Assembly (NCBI GenBank): GCA_963702425.1
Contig: CAVPCQ010000006.1
Location: 32,001 to 96,000 of the forward strand
DNA: 64,000 bases
Direction: 5' to 3'
DNA from: an uncultured Acidobacteriota bacterium
Lineage (GTDB): Bacteria; Acidobacteriota; Polarisedimenticolia; J045
The notes beneath the pieces were generated by a model. That model made no database searches. It saw only the letters and a program-made list of their open reading frames with translations, and was not told the origin of the DNA. Position numbers and translations under genes: made by a program. Positions 43,398-52,813 of the stretch are shown in pieces (the stretch's first letter is position 1; every line of letters begins with the position of its first letter).

Positions 43398-44305
43398 AGC
43401 GACGCGTTCCGCCGCCGGTCCCGCGCGGGGGACGGATCGCGGTCGTCGCGCCGGGATCGTCGCTGCGGGACCCGGACGCGGTGCGAGCCGGGATGCGGCG
43501 CCTGGCGGGCTGGGGCTACGAGCCGGTCCCGGGACGATTCCTCCTGGCGCGTCACGGCGACCTCGCCGGCCGTGACCGGGACCGCCTGGACGACCTGATC
43601 TGGGCGCTGACCGACCCGTCGATCGACGCAGCCTGGGCGGCGCGCGGAGGCTGGGGGACGGCGCGCCTGCTGGCGGGCCTGGATCTCCGCGCGCTGGCCC
43701 GGCAACCGCGCTGGCTGATCGGGTTCTCAGATCTCAGCTCGCTCCAGCTCGCGCTCTTTCAGCGCGGCGTCGCCTCCTGGTATGCGCCGACCGTGGCCGA
43801 CCTCGCGGACCCGCGGCGCTACGTCGCCGCCGACCTGCGCGCGATGCTCGCTTCGCCGCGCGCCCCGCGCTGCCTGCGCGGCCGGGTGCTGGCCGGCCCC
43901 CGGAGACGGGTCGCGGGCCCGCTGGCCGGCGGCTGCCTCTCGCTCCTCGCCGCTGCCGCGGGCACCCCGTGGCAGCCCGACCTGCGGGGCGCCGTGGTCT
44001 TCCTCGAGGAGGTCGGCGAGGCGCCGTACCGCGTCGATCGCCTGCTGTGGCAGCTGCGCTCCGCGGGGATGCTCGACCGCATCGCCGGGCTGGCTCTCGG
44101 GCAGTTCACAGCCTGTGATCCGCTCCCGGGCCGCGCCTCGCGGCCGCTCGCGGCCGTGTTGCTCGAGCACGCCGAGGCACTCGGCGTGCCGGTGTTGGCC
44201 GGGTTGACGGTCGGCCACGGTCCGCGCGCCCGCGCGGTGCCGATCGGCTATCACGCGACGCTCGATCCCGGCGCCGGGACCCTGAGCCTGCGCCCCCCGC
44301 GCTGA
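43394..44305 (+). CDS. LD-carboxypeptidase (peptidase S66)
   Basis: RGGWG, GFSD, FLEEV, GH triad motifs. Confidence 0.9.
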   Translation: MKRRVPPPVPRGGRIAVVAPGSSLRDPDAVRAGMRRLAGWGYEPVPGRFLLARHGDLAGRDRDRLDDLIWALTDPSIDAAWAARGGWGTARLLAGLDLRALARQPRWLIGFSDLSSLQLALFQRGVASWYAPTVADLADPRRYVAADLRAMLASPRAPRCLRGRVLAGPRRRVAGPLAGGCLSLLAAAAGTPWQPDLRGAVVFLEEVGEAPYRVDRLLWQLRSAGMLDRIAGLALGQFTACDPLPGRASRPLAAVLLEHAEALGVPVLAGLTVGHGPRARAVPIGYHATLDPGAGTLSLRPPR

Positions 44306-44311
44306 CGCCCG

Positions 44312-45112
44312 ATGCAGAGCGACGCGGCGGTCACCGCGCTCGTGGTCGCCTACGACGGCCGACCGTTCGCCGGCTGGCAACTCCAGCCCGACGCGCCGAC
44401 CGTGCAGGGAACGCTCGAGTCGGCGCTGGCAACGATCCACGGTGCCCCGCGAAACGCGGTGGCGATCGTCGGCGCCGGCCGCACGGACAGCGGCGTGCAC
44501 GCGCTCGGACAGGTGGCGACGTACCGCGCGCCGAACCGGCGCGAGTTGCCGGAGCTGCTGCACGCGCTCGCCGGGCTGCTCCCGGACAGCGTCCGGGTCG
44601 TCGAAGCGCGCCGCCTGCCCGCTTCGTTTCACGCCTGTCGCTCGGCTACCGGCAAGCTCTACCGCTACCGGATCGTCAACCGCCGGATCGCACTGCCGTT
44701 CGAGAGCCCCTGGGCCTGGCTCGTCCGGCCGCCGCTCGACGTCAAGGCGATGCGCGCGGCGGCTGCGGCGCTCGTCGGTCGGCACGATTTCTCCGCCTTC
44801 GCGTCGGCGGGGTGGCAGCAGGAGCGCGGCCTCCGCACGCTGTTGCGCCTCGATCTGGTCGAGCGCCCGGGCGACACGCTGGAGCTGGATGCCGAGGCCA
44901 ACGGGTTCCTCTACCGCATGGTCCGCAACCTCGCCGGCTTCCTCGTCGACGTCGGCCTCGGCCGCCGCCGCCCGGACGAAGCCGAGGCTGTCCTGGCTTC
45001 GCGCGACAGGCGGCGGGCCGGCGGCACCGCGCCCGCGCAGGGGCTCTGCCTGGTGCGGGTCGCCTACGGTCCGGAGTGGGACGAGGCCGAGGGCGCAACT
45101 CTCCTGTTTTGA
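44312..45112 (+). CDS. truA: tRNA pseudouridine(38-40) synthase
   Basis: AYDG..FAGWQ, GRTDSGVHA, HDFSAF, FLYRMVR. Confidence 0.96.
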   Translation: MQSDAAVTALVVAYDGRPFAGWQLQPDAPTVQGTLESALATIHGAPRNAVAIVGAGRTDSGVHALGQVATYRAPNRRELPELLHALAGLLPDSVRVVEARRLPASFHACRSATGKLYRYRIVNRRIALPFESPWAWLVRPPLDVKAMRAAAAALVGRHDFSAFASAGWQQERGLRTLLRLDLVERPGDTLELDAEANGFLYRMVRNLAGFLVDVGLGRRRPDEAEAVLASRDRRRAGGTAPAQGLCLVRVAYGPEWDEAEGATLLF

Positions 45113-45170
45113 GCGGGTTCCGAGGGATGCTACATTCCCCGGGGCCGAGCCGGGCGGGGCGAGGAGTCCG

Positions 45171-46007
45171 ATGGTGCTGAAGCGGGAAACGCGGGGCGGG
45201 GGACGACGCGCGAGGGCCAGCGACGACGCGCCGGAGGACCCGCTCGCGCTGATCGACTTCACGCGCCTGCCGCGGCACGTCGCCGTGATCATGGACGGCA
45301 ACGGACGGTGGGCCGGGGCGCGGCACTTGCCGCGGATCGCCGGCCACCGGGCGGGCATCGCGGCCGTCCGCGAGGTCGTCGAGGGGGCCGCGCGCCTCGG
45401 GATCGAGGTCCTGACGCTCTACGCGTTCAGTCGCGAGAACTGGAGCAGGCCAGCCCCCGAAGTCAACGCGCTGATGCGTCTGCTGCGGGACTACCTCGAC
45501 GCCGAGCTGGCCACGCTGCTCGAGCGCAACATCCGCTTTCGCGCGATCGGCCGGATCGAGGAGCTGCCGGCGCCGGTTCGGACCGCGCTGGCCGAGGCCG
45601 AGGAGCGGACCGCGACGAACACCGGGATGCTCTTCCTGATCGCGCTCTCGTACTCCGGCCGCGCCGAGCTGGCCGATGCGGCGCGGGCGCTCGCCGAGGA
45701 CGCGGCGGCGGGCCGCCTCGACCCGGCCGCGATCGACGAGGCCGCACTCGCGGCGCGACTCGCCACCGCCGATGCGCCCGACCCGGACCTGCTGATCCGC
45801 AGCTCGGGAGAGTTGCGCCTGTCGAATTTCCTGCTCTGGCAATTGGCGTACGCGGAGATCTGGGTCACCCCCGTGCTCTGGCCCGACTTCCGGCGCTGCC
45901 ACCTCCACGAAGCCGTCGTGGATTTCCAGCGCCGCGAGCGGCGCTTCGGCGGCGTGGTGCCCGCCGTGATGCGGCCCCGCGCGGCCCGCGGGCGCGTGCT
46001 CTCGTGA
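45171..46007 (+). CDS. uppS: Undecaprenyl diphosphate synthase
   Basis: HVAVIMDGNGRWA, FSRENW, RSSGELRLSNFLLWQ, RRFG. Confidence 0.96.
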   Translation: MVLKRETRGGGRRARASDDAPEDPLALIDFTRLPRHVAVIMDGNGRWAGARHLPRIAGHRAGIAAVREVVEGAARLGIEVLTLYAFSRENWSRPAPEVNALMRLLRDYLDAELATLLERNIRFRAIGRIEELPAPVRTALAEAEERTATNTGMLFLIALSYSGRAELADAARALAEDAAAGRLDPAAIDEAALAARLATADAPDPDLLIRSSGELRLSNFLLWQLAYAEIWVTPVLWPDFRRCHLHEAVVDFQRRERRFGGVVPAVMRPRAARGRVLS

Positions 46008-46813
46008 CGCGCATCCTGACCGCGCTGGTCCTCGCGGCGATCGTCGTCCCCGCCGTGAAATGGGCCCCGCCGTGGGCCTGGTGGGCGCTCGTGCTGGTCG
46101 GAGGCCTCGGAGCCGTCGTGGAAATGCAGGCGATGCTCGCTCGCCTGGGACGGACACCCTGGTTGGCGCTGAGCGCGGCCGGGACGGTCGCCATCGCCCT
46201 GTCGATCGGCTTCGCGCCGGCGGCCACGCCGCCGCTCCTGACGGCGCTGGTGCTGGTCACGCTGCTCGTCGCGCTGGCGGCCCGCGGCCCGCTGGCGCCG
46301 CGCGTCGACCGCGTGCTGGGGACGCTGTTCGTCGTCGCCTACCTGGGACTCACCGGCGGCTATCTCGGCGCGCTGGGGACGATCCAGCTGCCGGGAGCGA
46401 CCGATCGCGGCGACATGCTCATCCTGGCCATGGTCGCGGTCTACGTCGGAGACATCTCCGCCTACTACGGCGGGCGGACCTTCGGCCGCCACAGGCTGGC
46501 CCCCGTCATCTCGCCGAAGAAGACGTGGGAGGGGCTGCTCGCGGGCCTGGTCGGCTCCGTTGCGGGAGCCCTGCTCGCCCCCTTCTGGTTCGCGCGGGCG
46601 CTGCCGGTGCGCCACGCGATCGCGCTCGGGCTGCTCCTGGGCGGCGTCGGAGTCGCCGGCGACCTGGTCGAGTCGCTGCTGAAGCGCGCCGCGGAGGTCA
46701 AGGACTCGGGGACGCTGCTGCCGGGTCACGGCGGGATCCTCGACCGCATCGACAGCCTGCTTTTCGCGGCTCCGGTGCTGTACTGGTACTACCTCCTCTT
46801 CCTGGCTGGGTGA
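46004..46813 (+). CDS. cdsA: Phosphatidate cytidylyltransferase
   Basis: SPKKTWEG, ESLLKR..KDSG..PGHGGILDRIDS. Confidence 0.95.
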   Translation: MTRILTALVLAAIVVPAVKWAPPWAWWALVLVGGLGAVVEMQAMLARLGRTPWLALSAAGTVAIALSIGFAPAATPPLLTALVLVTLLVALAARGPLAPRVDRVLGTLFVVAYLGLTGGYLGALGTIQLPGATDRGDMLILAMVAVYVGDISAYYGGRTFGRHRLAPVISPKKTWEGLLAGLVGSVAGALLAPFWFARALPVRHAIALGLLLGGVGVAGDLVESLLKRAAEVKDSGTLLPGHGGILDRIDSLLFAAPVLYWYYLLFLAG

Positions 46814-46874
46814 ACCTCCGGAAGCCCTCTACAATGAACCTCTTGGGAGCCTGACAGGTCCCGGAGAGAACCGC

Positions 46875-48044
46875 GTGCCCCGTCGCGTCGCCATCCTCGG
46901 CTCGACCGGATCGATCGGGCGCAACACGCTCGACGTGATCCGCCGCCACCCCGGCCGCTTCGAGGTCGTGGGGCTGGTCGCCGGCCGGCAGGTGCACCGC
47001 CTCGCGGAACAGGTGCGGGAGTTCCGCCCCCGCGCGGTGGCCGTCGCCGACGACGCGGCGCGGCGGGAACTGGCCGGGCTGCTTGGCGACCGTGTCCCGG
47101 AGATCCGGGTCGGGGAGGCGGGTGCCGCCGAGGTGACGGTCGGGACCGGTGCGGAGGTCGTCGTCGCGGCGATCGTCGGGGCGGCCGGGCTGGTTCCCGT
47201 GCTCGCCGCCTGCTCGGCGGGCGTCGTGGTGGCGCTGGCCAACAAGGAGGCGCTCGTCGTCGCCGGCGAGCTGATGGTCCGCGCGGCGCGCGAGAACGGC
47301 GCCACGATCGTCCCGGTCGACAGCGAGCACAGCGCGATCCACCAGTGCCTGCGCTCGGGCGGGCACGGGGAGGGCCGGCGGGTCGTGTTGACGGCGTCGG
47401 GCGGCCCCTTCCGCGGGTGCCGGCGACACGAGCTCGAGCGCGTCACGCACGCCGAGGCGCTGCGCCATCCGACCTGGCAGATGGGCCCGAAGATCACGAT
47501 CGACTCGGCCACGCTGATGAACAAGGGGCTCGAGGTGATCGAGGCGCACTGGCTGTTCGGGATGAGCCCGACGCAGATCGACGTGCTCGTCCACCCGCAG
47601 AGCATCGTCCACAGCATGGTCGAGTTCCGGGACGGATCGGTGATCGCGCAGCTCGGGCTCGCCGACATGCGGGTGCCGATCCAGTACGCGCTCGACTGGC
47701 CGGCGCGCCGCGACGGGATCACGGAAACGCTCGATCTCGCGGCGATCGGGACCCTCACCTTCGAGCGGCCCGATCGCGAGGCGTTCCGCTGCCTCGATCT
47801 CGCCTACCGCGCGATCGAGGAGGGCGGGGACGCGCCAGCGCGCCTCAACGCCGCGAACGAGGTCGCGGTCGATGCGTTCCTCCACGGGCGGATCGGCTTC
47901 CTGGACATCCCGCGCGTCATCGAACGCGAGCTCGATCGCGCCCCGGCCGAGCCGGTCTTCGAGCTGGCAGACCTGGTCAGGAGCGATACGCACGCCCGGC
48001 GCGAGGCCCGCGCCCTCATCGAACGGGAGCGGAGCACACCGTGA
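46875..48044 (+). CDS. dxr: 1-deoxy-D-xylulose-5-phosphate reductoisomerase
   Basis: GSTGSIG, LANKE, PVDSEH, WQMGPKITIDSA, NAANE. Confidence 0.97.
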   Translation: MPRRVAILGSTGSIGRNTLDVIRRHPGRFEVVGLVAGRQVHRLAEQVREFRPRAVAVADDAARRELAGLLGDRVPEIRVGEAGAAEVTVGTGAEVVVAAIVGAAGLVPVLAACSAGVVVALANKEALVVAGELMVRAARENGATIVPVDSEHSAIHQCLRSGGHGEGRRVVLTASGGPFRGCRRHELERVTHAEALRHPTWQMGPKITIDSATLMNKGLEVIEAHWLFGMSPTQIDVLVHPQSIVHSMVEFRDGSVIAQLGLADMRVPIQYALDWPARRDGITETLDLAAIGTLTFERPDREAFRCLDLAYRAIEEGGDAPARLNAANEVAVDAFLHGRIGFLDIPRVIERELDRAPAEPVFELADLVRSDTHARREARALIERERSTP

Positions 48045-49420
48045 TCGACATGCTGTTGCGCGCCGCCGCGCTGATCGTCGTGCTGGGGATCCTGGTCTTC
48101 ATCCACGAGCTCGGCCACTTCCTGGCCGCGAAGCGGTTCGGGGTGCGGGTCGATGTCTTCTCGCTCGGATTCGGTTCGCGCGTCGTCGGCTTCCGGCGCG
48201 GCGAGACCGACTACCGCCTGTCGGCGATCCCGTTGGGCGGCTACGTCAAGATGCTCGGGCAGGCCGACATTCCCGACCAGGAGGCGGCGGCGGTCCAGTC
48301 CGCGCTCGATCCGCACTCCTACCTGGCCAAGCCGCGCTGGAAGCGCCTCGTGATCCTCTTCGCCGGACCGGCGATGAACGTCCTGCTGGCCCTTCTGATC
48401 TGGTGGGGCCTCTTCATGGTGGGGACCGAGACGCTCGACATCCCGGAGGGGCCGCCCCAGGTCGAAGCCCTCGAGACGGGGTCCCCGGCCGAGAAGGGCG
48501 GCCTGCTGCCGGGCGACCGGATCGTCGCGATCGCCGGCAAGCCGGTCAGCTCGGTCGACGACTACGAGAAGGTCGTGCTCTTCAGTCCCGGACAGTCGCT
48601 CTCGTACCGCATCGAGCGCGGGTCCGAGACGCTGACGCGCGAGGTCACACCCCAGACCCATCCGGTGTACGGCGTCGGCGTCGATGGCGTGCGGATCCGG
48701 ATCCCGATCCTCGTGCAGAGCGTCGTCCCGGGTGGGCCGGCGGAGCAGGCGGGCTTCCGTGCGGGGGACCGGATCCTCGAGGTGAATGGCCGGATTCCCG
48801 GCGGGCAGAACGCCGTCGCGACGCTGGTCGAGGAGTTCAAGGGGAAGCCGGTCCAGGTCTCGCTCCTGCGCGACGGGGCCAAGACGATCGTGGAGGTCGT
48901 CCCGCAGGCCGCCGACGGCGGCCGGGCCCGGATCGGCGTGATGTTGACCTATCCCAGCAAGCGGGTGCAGTTCGGCCCGCTCCGTGCGGCCGAGGAGTCG
49001 GTGAAGCTGGCGTGGCAGAATGCCGGCCTGCTCTTCGAGACGCTGTCGAAGCTGTTCACGGGCGCCGTCGGACTGCAGGTGATGTCGGGGCCGATCGAGA
49101 TCGCGCGGATCTCCAAGGAACAGGCGTCGCTGGGCTTGCAGCCGTTCCTTTATTTCCTCGCCTTCATCAGCCTGCAGCTGGGCATCTTCAACCTGCTACC
49201 GATCCCAGTGCTCGACGGTGGGCACATCCTGATCCTGCTCGTCGAGTCGGCGATGCGTCGCGATCTCTCGATGCGGCTGAAGGAGCGCGTGCTGCAGGCC
49301 GGCTTCGTCTTCCTGATCGTCTTCGCAGTGGCGGTGATCGGGATGGACTTCCTGAAGAGCTACCGCCGCACCGTCGCGGAATCGCCGCGACCCGCGGCCG
49401 AGGCTCCAGCCAGGCCGTAG
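48041..49420 (+). CDS. rseP: RIP metalloprotease RseP
   Basis: HELGH, two PDZ domains, NLLPIPVLDGGH. Confidence 0.95.
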   Translation: MIDMLLRAAALIVVLGILVFIHELGHFLAAKRFGVRVDVFSLGFGSRVVGFRRGETDYRLSAIPLGGYVKMLGQADIPDQEAAAVQSALDPHSYLAKPRWKRLVILFAGPAMNVLLALLIWWGLFMVGTETLDIPEGPPQVEALETGSPAEKGGLLPGDRIVAIAGKPVSSVDDYEKVVLFSPGQSLSYRIERGSETLTREVTPQTHPVYGVGVDGVRIRIPILVQSVVPGGPAEQAGFRAGDRILEVNGRIPGGQNAVATLVEEFKGKPVQVSLLRDGAKTIVEVVPQAADGGRARIGVMLTYPSKRVQFGPLRAAEESVKLAWQNAGLLFETLSKLFTGAVGLQVMSGPIEIARISKEQASLGLQPFLYFLAFISLQLGIFNLLPIPVLDGGHILILLVESAMRRDLSMRLKERVLQAGFVFLIVFAVAVIGMDFLKSYRRTVAESPRPAAEAPARP

Positions 49421-49625
49421 GGGCCGGCCTCCGTGCCGGCCCGCATCGCGACGATGTGACATGGGGGCCGCCACAGAGGGCGGCAACAACCGGGCCGCCA
49501 CAGAGGGCGGCAACAACCGGGCCGCCACAGAGGGCGGCAACAACCGGGCCGCCACAGAGGGCGGCAACAACCGGGCCGCCACAGAGGGCGGCAACAACCG
49601 GGCCGCCACAGAGGGCGGCCCCTAC
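49417..49625. repeat. REPIN with internal 27-bp tandem array (5 full units from 49465 plus terminal REP)
   Basis: GTAGGGGCCGGCC..CCGGCCC at left; (GGGCCGCCACAGAGGGCGGCAACAACC)x5; then GGGCCGCCACAGAGGGCGGCCCCTAC. Confidence 0.9.
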
Positions 49626-49957
49626 TTGCGGTTCTTGAAGTCGCCGAGGACGATCTTCTCGTTCCCCTCGGCGGCGCGCATCAGCTTCACGGCCCAGCCT
49701 CTCCCCTCGGCGATCCGCCGCGCGATCGGCTCCGGGTACTCTTCCTCCAACCCGCGCCGCACGTAGGGGAAGTCGAAATCGGCGGGGAGCGCCTCGTCGA
49801 GGAACCAGAGCAGGAACTCCAGCGTCAGCCGCTTCTCGAACCCCTCCTCGGCGCGCTCCTCGGTGCGGTACTCGGCGCGCGAGAGGACGTCGCGCTCGAG
49901 CAGGTGGCGCAGGATGAACAGGAGCTTGTCGCGGGAGTACTGGAACTCTCGGTCCAT
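49622..49957 (-). CDS. Hypothetical protein (111 aa)
   Basis: Host-typical codon use; MDREFQYSRDKLLFILRHLL...; no family recognised. Confidence 0.7.
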   Translation of the reverse strand: MDREFQYSRDKLLFILRHLLERDVLSRAEYRTEERAEEGFEKRLTLEFLLWFLDEALPADFDFPYVRRGLEEEYPEPIARRIAEGRGWAVKLMRAAEGNEKIVLGDFKNRK

Positions 49958-50077
49958 GGCTGTTCCCCGGGGCAGGATAGCGCGGAGCGGTGTCCGGCGG
50001 CGGACGCGCTGTCCGGGGCGACCGGCCGCCGCCGGACAGGGAGTGAATGCAGCCCCCCCCGCTGCGCCGTCTTCCCG

Positions 50078-50093
50078 CGGCACGCGGCTTGCC
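50078..50093 (+). promoter_or_regulatory. Putative sigma54 promoter of comEA operon
   Basis: CGGCAC-GCGGC-TTGC about 42 nt upstream of the comEA ATG, GGAGG RBS follows. Confidence 0.55.
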
Positions 50094-50134
50094 TCTCTCG
50101 TGCCGGGCGCGCCCATGCGCCCGGGAGGTAGACG

Positions 50135-50482
50135 ATGAGCCGAGCGATCCCTGCCGCGTTCCTGGTGTTCCTTGCAGTGAGTTGCACACTGGTCCTCGGC
50201 GGTCCGACGACCGTCGCCCGGGCGGCCGAGGCCGCGCCTTCCGTCGCTCGCACCGCACCCCCCGCCGGAGCGGCAGTGAACGTCAACACGGCCGGGGTCC
50301 AGGAGCTGATGAGCCTTCCCGGCGTGGGTCCCGCGCTCGCCGGCCGAATCGTCGAGCAGCGGAAGCAGAGCGGTCCGTTTCGCCGCGCGGAAGACCTGCT
50401 CGCCGTGCGCGGGGTGGGCCCCAAGCTGCTGGCGAAGATCAAGGATCGGCTGACATTCGACGCGCCGGGCACCCCCCGGTGA
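50135..50482 (+). CDS. comEA: ComEA family helix-hairpin-helix DNA-binding protein
   Basis: Signal peptide; VNVNTA..L..LPGVGP.LA.RIV, VRGVGPK. Confidence 0.9.
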   Translation: MSRAIPAAFLVFLAVSCTLVLGGPTTVARAAEAAPSVARTAPPAGAAVNVNTAGVQELMSLPGVGPALAGRIVEQRKQSGPFRRAEDLLAVRGVGPKLLAKIKDRLTFDAPGTPR

Positions 50483-51081
50483 ACGGCCCGCGCGGCGCTC
50501 GAGGCCAGACCCTGCTGGGAGTACTCGTCACCGTCGCGGCCCTCGCGCTCGTCGCCGGAGTGGCCGCGGATCGGCTGCGCCCCGCCGTTCAGGGGCGCGC
50601 AGTCGAGGGAGCCGCCCAGACGCTGGCGGCCCGCATGCGGGCACTCGCGCGCGCCGCGCAGCGCGACGGGCACGCCCGGGCGCTGGTCTTCTCCACGGCG
50701 GGAAACGGGGAGCCGGTCCGCGAGGCGTACGACGCCGCTGGCGACGGCATCCGGCGGCGCGGCGTGGCGGATGGACGCGATCCCGCGGGCGCCGGCTACC
50801 GCCTGGCGCGGGACCATCCCGGCGTGCGGCTGGGCCGTCCGCCCTGGCCGCGCATTCGCGAGATCCCGCCTGCGGGCGGCACGATCGGAGTCGAAGAGCC
50901 CTCCGTGCGCTTCGGTGCTGGGAGAATGACCGTGTTCGATCCAGCGGGTCACGCCACCGCAGGCTCGCTGTTCGTCTCGGACGGGACCGATGCCCTGTGC
51001 GCCGTGGTGGTCTATGGCGTGACCGCACGCGTCCAGGTCTGGTGCTACGAGCGGGCCCGGCGCACGTGGACGCGGCGTTGA
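50479..51081 (+). CDS. FimT/GspH-like minor (pseudo)pilin
   Basis: Prepilin-like RG|QTLLGVLVTVAAL; C-terminal FDPAGHATAGSLFV..GVTARV. Confidence 0.65.
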   Translation: MNGPRGARGQTLLGVLVTVAALALVAGVAADRLRPAVQGRAVEGAAQTLAARMRALARAAQRDGHARALVFSTAGNGEPVREAYDAAGDGIRRRGVADGRDPAGAGYRLARDHPGVRLGRPPWPRIREIPPAGGTIGVEEPSVRFGAGRMTVFDPAGHATAGSLFVSDGTDALCAVVVYGVTARVQVWCYERARRTWTRR

Positions 51082-51107
51082 TCGCGCCTGCGCCGGGGTG
51101 CTAGCAT
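51078..51107 (+). promoter_or_regulatory. sigma70-type promoter of gcvT
   Basis: TTGATC-18 nt-TAGCAT with TGn extension. Confidence 0.5.
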
Positions 51108-51218
51108 CGCCGAACCCCACCCGGGGACGAGTGTGCCGCCTCTCCGCCCGCCCGAGCTTCGCGGGCGTGGTTCTTCCGATTCGTCGATGGCGAGGTGGTA
51201 CGGCAGGCGAGGTGCACT

Positions 51219-52355
51219 GTGGCAGGCGACGCGACCGGCGACGTTCCGATCAAGCGGACGCCGCTCTATGAAAGACACCGGGCGCTCGGGGCGAAGCTCG
51301 TTCCGTTCGCCGGCTACGAGATGCCGGTGCGTTACCGCGGCGACATCGAAGAGCACCTCGCCGTGCGGCAGCGGGCGGGCCTGTTCGACGTCAGCCACAT
51401 GGGCGAGTTCGAGCTTCGCGGACCGGATGCCGACGCCTTCGTGGACTACGTCTCGCCGTCACGCCTCTCGGCCCTGCCCCACGGCAAGATCGCCTACTCC
51501 GGCCTCACGACGGGGCAGGGGACGTTCGTCGACGACATCCTCGCCTACCACCTCGGCGAGCGGCATTTCATGTTCGTGGTCAACGCCTCGAACAAGGACA
51601 AGGACCTCGCCTGGCTGCGCGAACACGCGGCGGGGTTCGACGTCCGAGTCGACGACCTTTCCGACGAGACGGCGCTGATTGCGGTCCAGGGGCCGCTCGC
51701 GCGCGGGCTCGTGGCACCGCTGACGGAAGGGTTCGACGCGCTCCGGGTGCCGTACTACCACCTCGCCGAGGGGAAGCTGGCGGGGCGCCCGGCGCGTTTC
51801 AGCCGGACGGGCTACACCGGCGAGCAGGGGTTCGAGATCTTCCTGGCCAACGCCGACGCACCCGGCGCCTGGGACGCATTGCTCGAGGCGGGGACCTCCC
51901 AGGGCGTCGTTCCGGCCGGGCTCGGGGCCAGGGACACGCTCCGGCTCGAGGCCGCGCTGCCGCTCTACGGGAACGACATCGACGACACCATCACCGTCCT
52001 CGAGGCGGGGCTGGATTTCATCGTCGACTGGACCAAGGACCGGTTCCTCGGGCGGGACGCGCTGGTGGCGCAGAAACTGACCGGGCCGGCCCGCGTGAGG
52101 GTCGGATTCGAGGTCCGCGGCCCGGGAATCGCCCGCCACGGCCAGGGGGTCCTCGTCGATGGCCGGCCAGCCGGGTTCGTGGCCTCCGGCAGCATCGCCC
52201 CCGCGCTCGGTAAGGCGATCGGGATGGCCTACGTCCCCACTGCCGTGGCCGCGCCGGGGAGCGAGATCGAGATCGACGTGCGAGGCCGGTGCGTGCCGGC
52301 GGTCGTGGTGGAGATGCCGTTTTATCGCCGACCCAAGGCGAAGCAGGGCGCCTGA
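51219..52355 (+). CDS. gcvT: Glycine cleavage system T protein
   Basis: RTPLY, FAGYEMP, FDVSHMG, SRTGYTGE, GLGARDTLRLEA. Confidence 0.97.
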   Translation: MAGDATGDVPIKRTPLYERHRALGAKLVPFAGYEMPVRYRGDIEEHLAVRQRAGLFDVSHMGEFELRGPDADAFVDYVSPSRLSALPHGKIAYSGLTTGQGTFVDDILAYHLGERHFMFVVNASNKDKDLAWLREHAAGFDVRVDDLSDETALIAVQGPLARGLVAPLTEGFDALRVPYYHLAEGKLAGRPARFSRTGYTGEQGFEIFLANADAPGAWDALLEAGTSQGVVPAGLGARDTLRLEAALPLYGNDIDDTITVLEAGLDFIVDWTKDRFLGRDALVAQKLTGPARVRVGFEVRGPGIARHGQGVLVDGRPAGFVASGSIAPALGKAIGMAYVPTAVAAPGSEIEIDVRGRCVPAVVVEMPFYRRPKAKQGA

Positions 52356-52384
52356 GCGGCGCCCGTTCGAGAGGAGATCGGAGC

Positions 52385-52774
52385 ATGCCGAGGCCGGAAG
52401 ACTGCCTTTTCACGAAGACTCACGAGTGGGTGCACCGCGAGGGCGACGAGGCGCAGATCGGGATTTCCGACTTCGCTCAGCAGGAGCTGGGCGACATCGT
52501 CTACGTCAACCTGGGCGAGACGGGCCGCAGCCTGAAGCTGGGAGAGCAGCTGGGCGAGATCGAGTCGGTCAAGGCCGTGGCGGAGGTCTATGCCCCGGTC
52601 TCGGGCAGCGTCCTGGCCGTCAACGGGGCGCTCGGCGACAGCCCGGAGAAGGTCAACAAGGACCCTTACGGCGACGGGTGGCTGGCGCGCGTCAAGCTGC
52701 AGTCGCCCGCGGAACTGGACGGGATGATGAACTTCGCGGCCTACGCGAAGTACATGGCGGAAGAGGGGCACTAG
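52385..52774 (+). CDS. gcvH: Glycine cleavage system H protein
   Basis: HEW, GISDFAQ..LGDIV, ESVKA lipoyl-Lys, DPYGDGW. Confidence 0.97.
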   Translation: MPRPEDCLFTKTHEWVHREGDEAQIGISDFAQQELGDIVYVNLGETGRSLKLGEQLGEIESVKAVAEVYAPVSGSVLAVNGALGDSPEKVNKDPYGDGWLARVKLQSPAELDGMMNFAAYAKYMAEEGH

Positions 52775-52813
52775 GACCTGCCGCGGCGGGTTGTCGTGTC
52801 GGTGTCCCGGCCG

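Noticed and set aside
49465-49625. CRISPR array
   Set aside because: Units are identical and head-to-tail with no unique spacers; no cas genes; the unit is the local REP
49196-49766. Repeat-peptide ORFs (AARLLPPSV)n and (RAATEGGNN)n
   Set aside because: Translations of the 27-bp DNA repeat overlapping real genes; no RBS or coding signal
51108-51218. Glycine riboswitch before gcvT
   Set aside because: No GGAGA..GAAG..CTCAGG aptamer motifs seen in the ~110-nt leader
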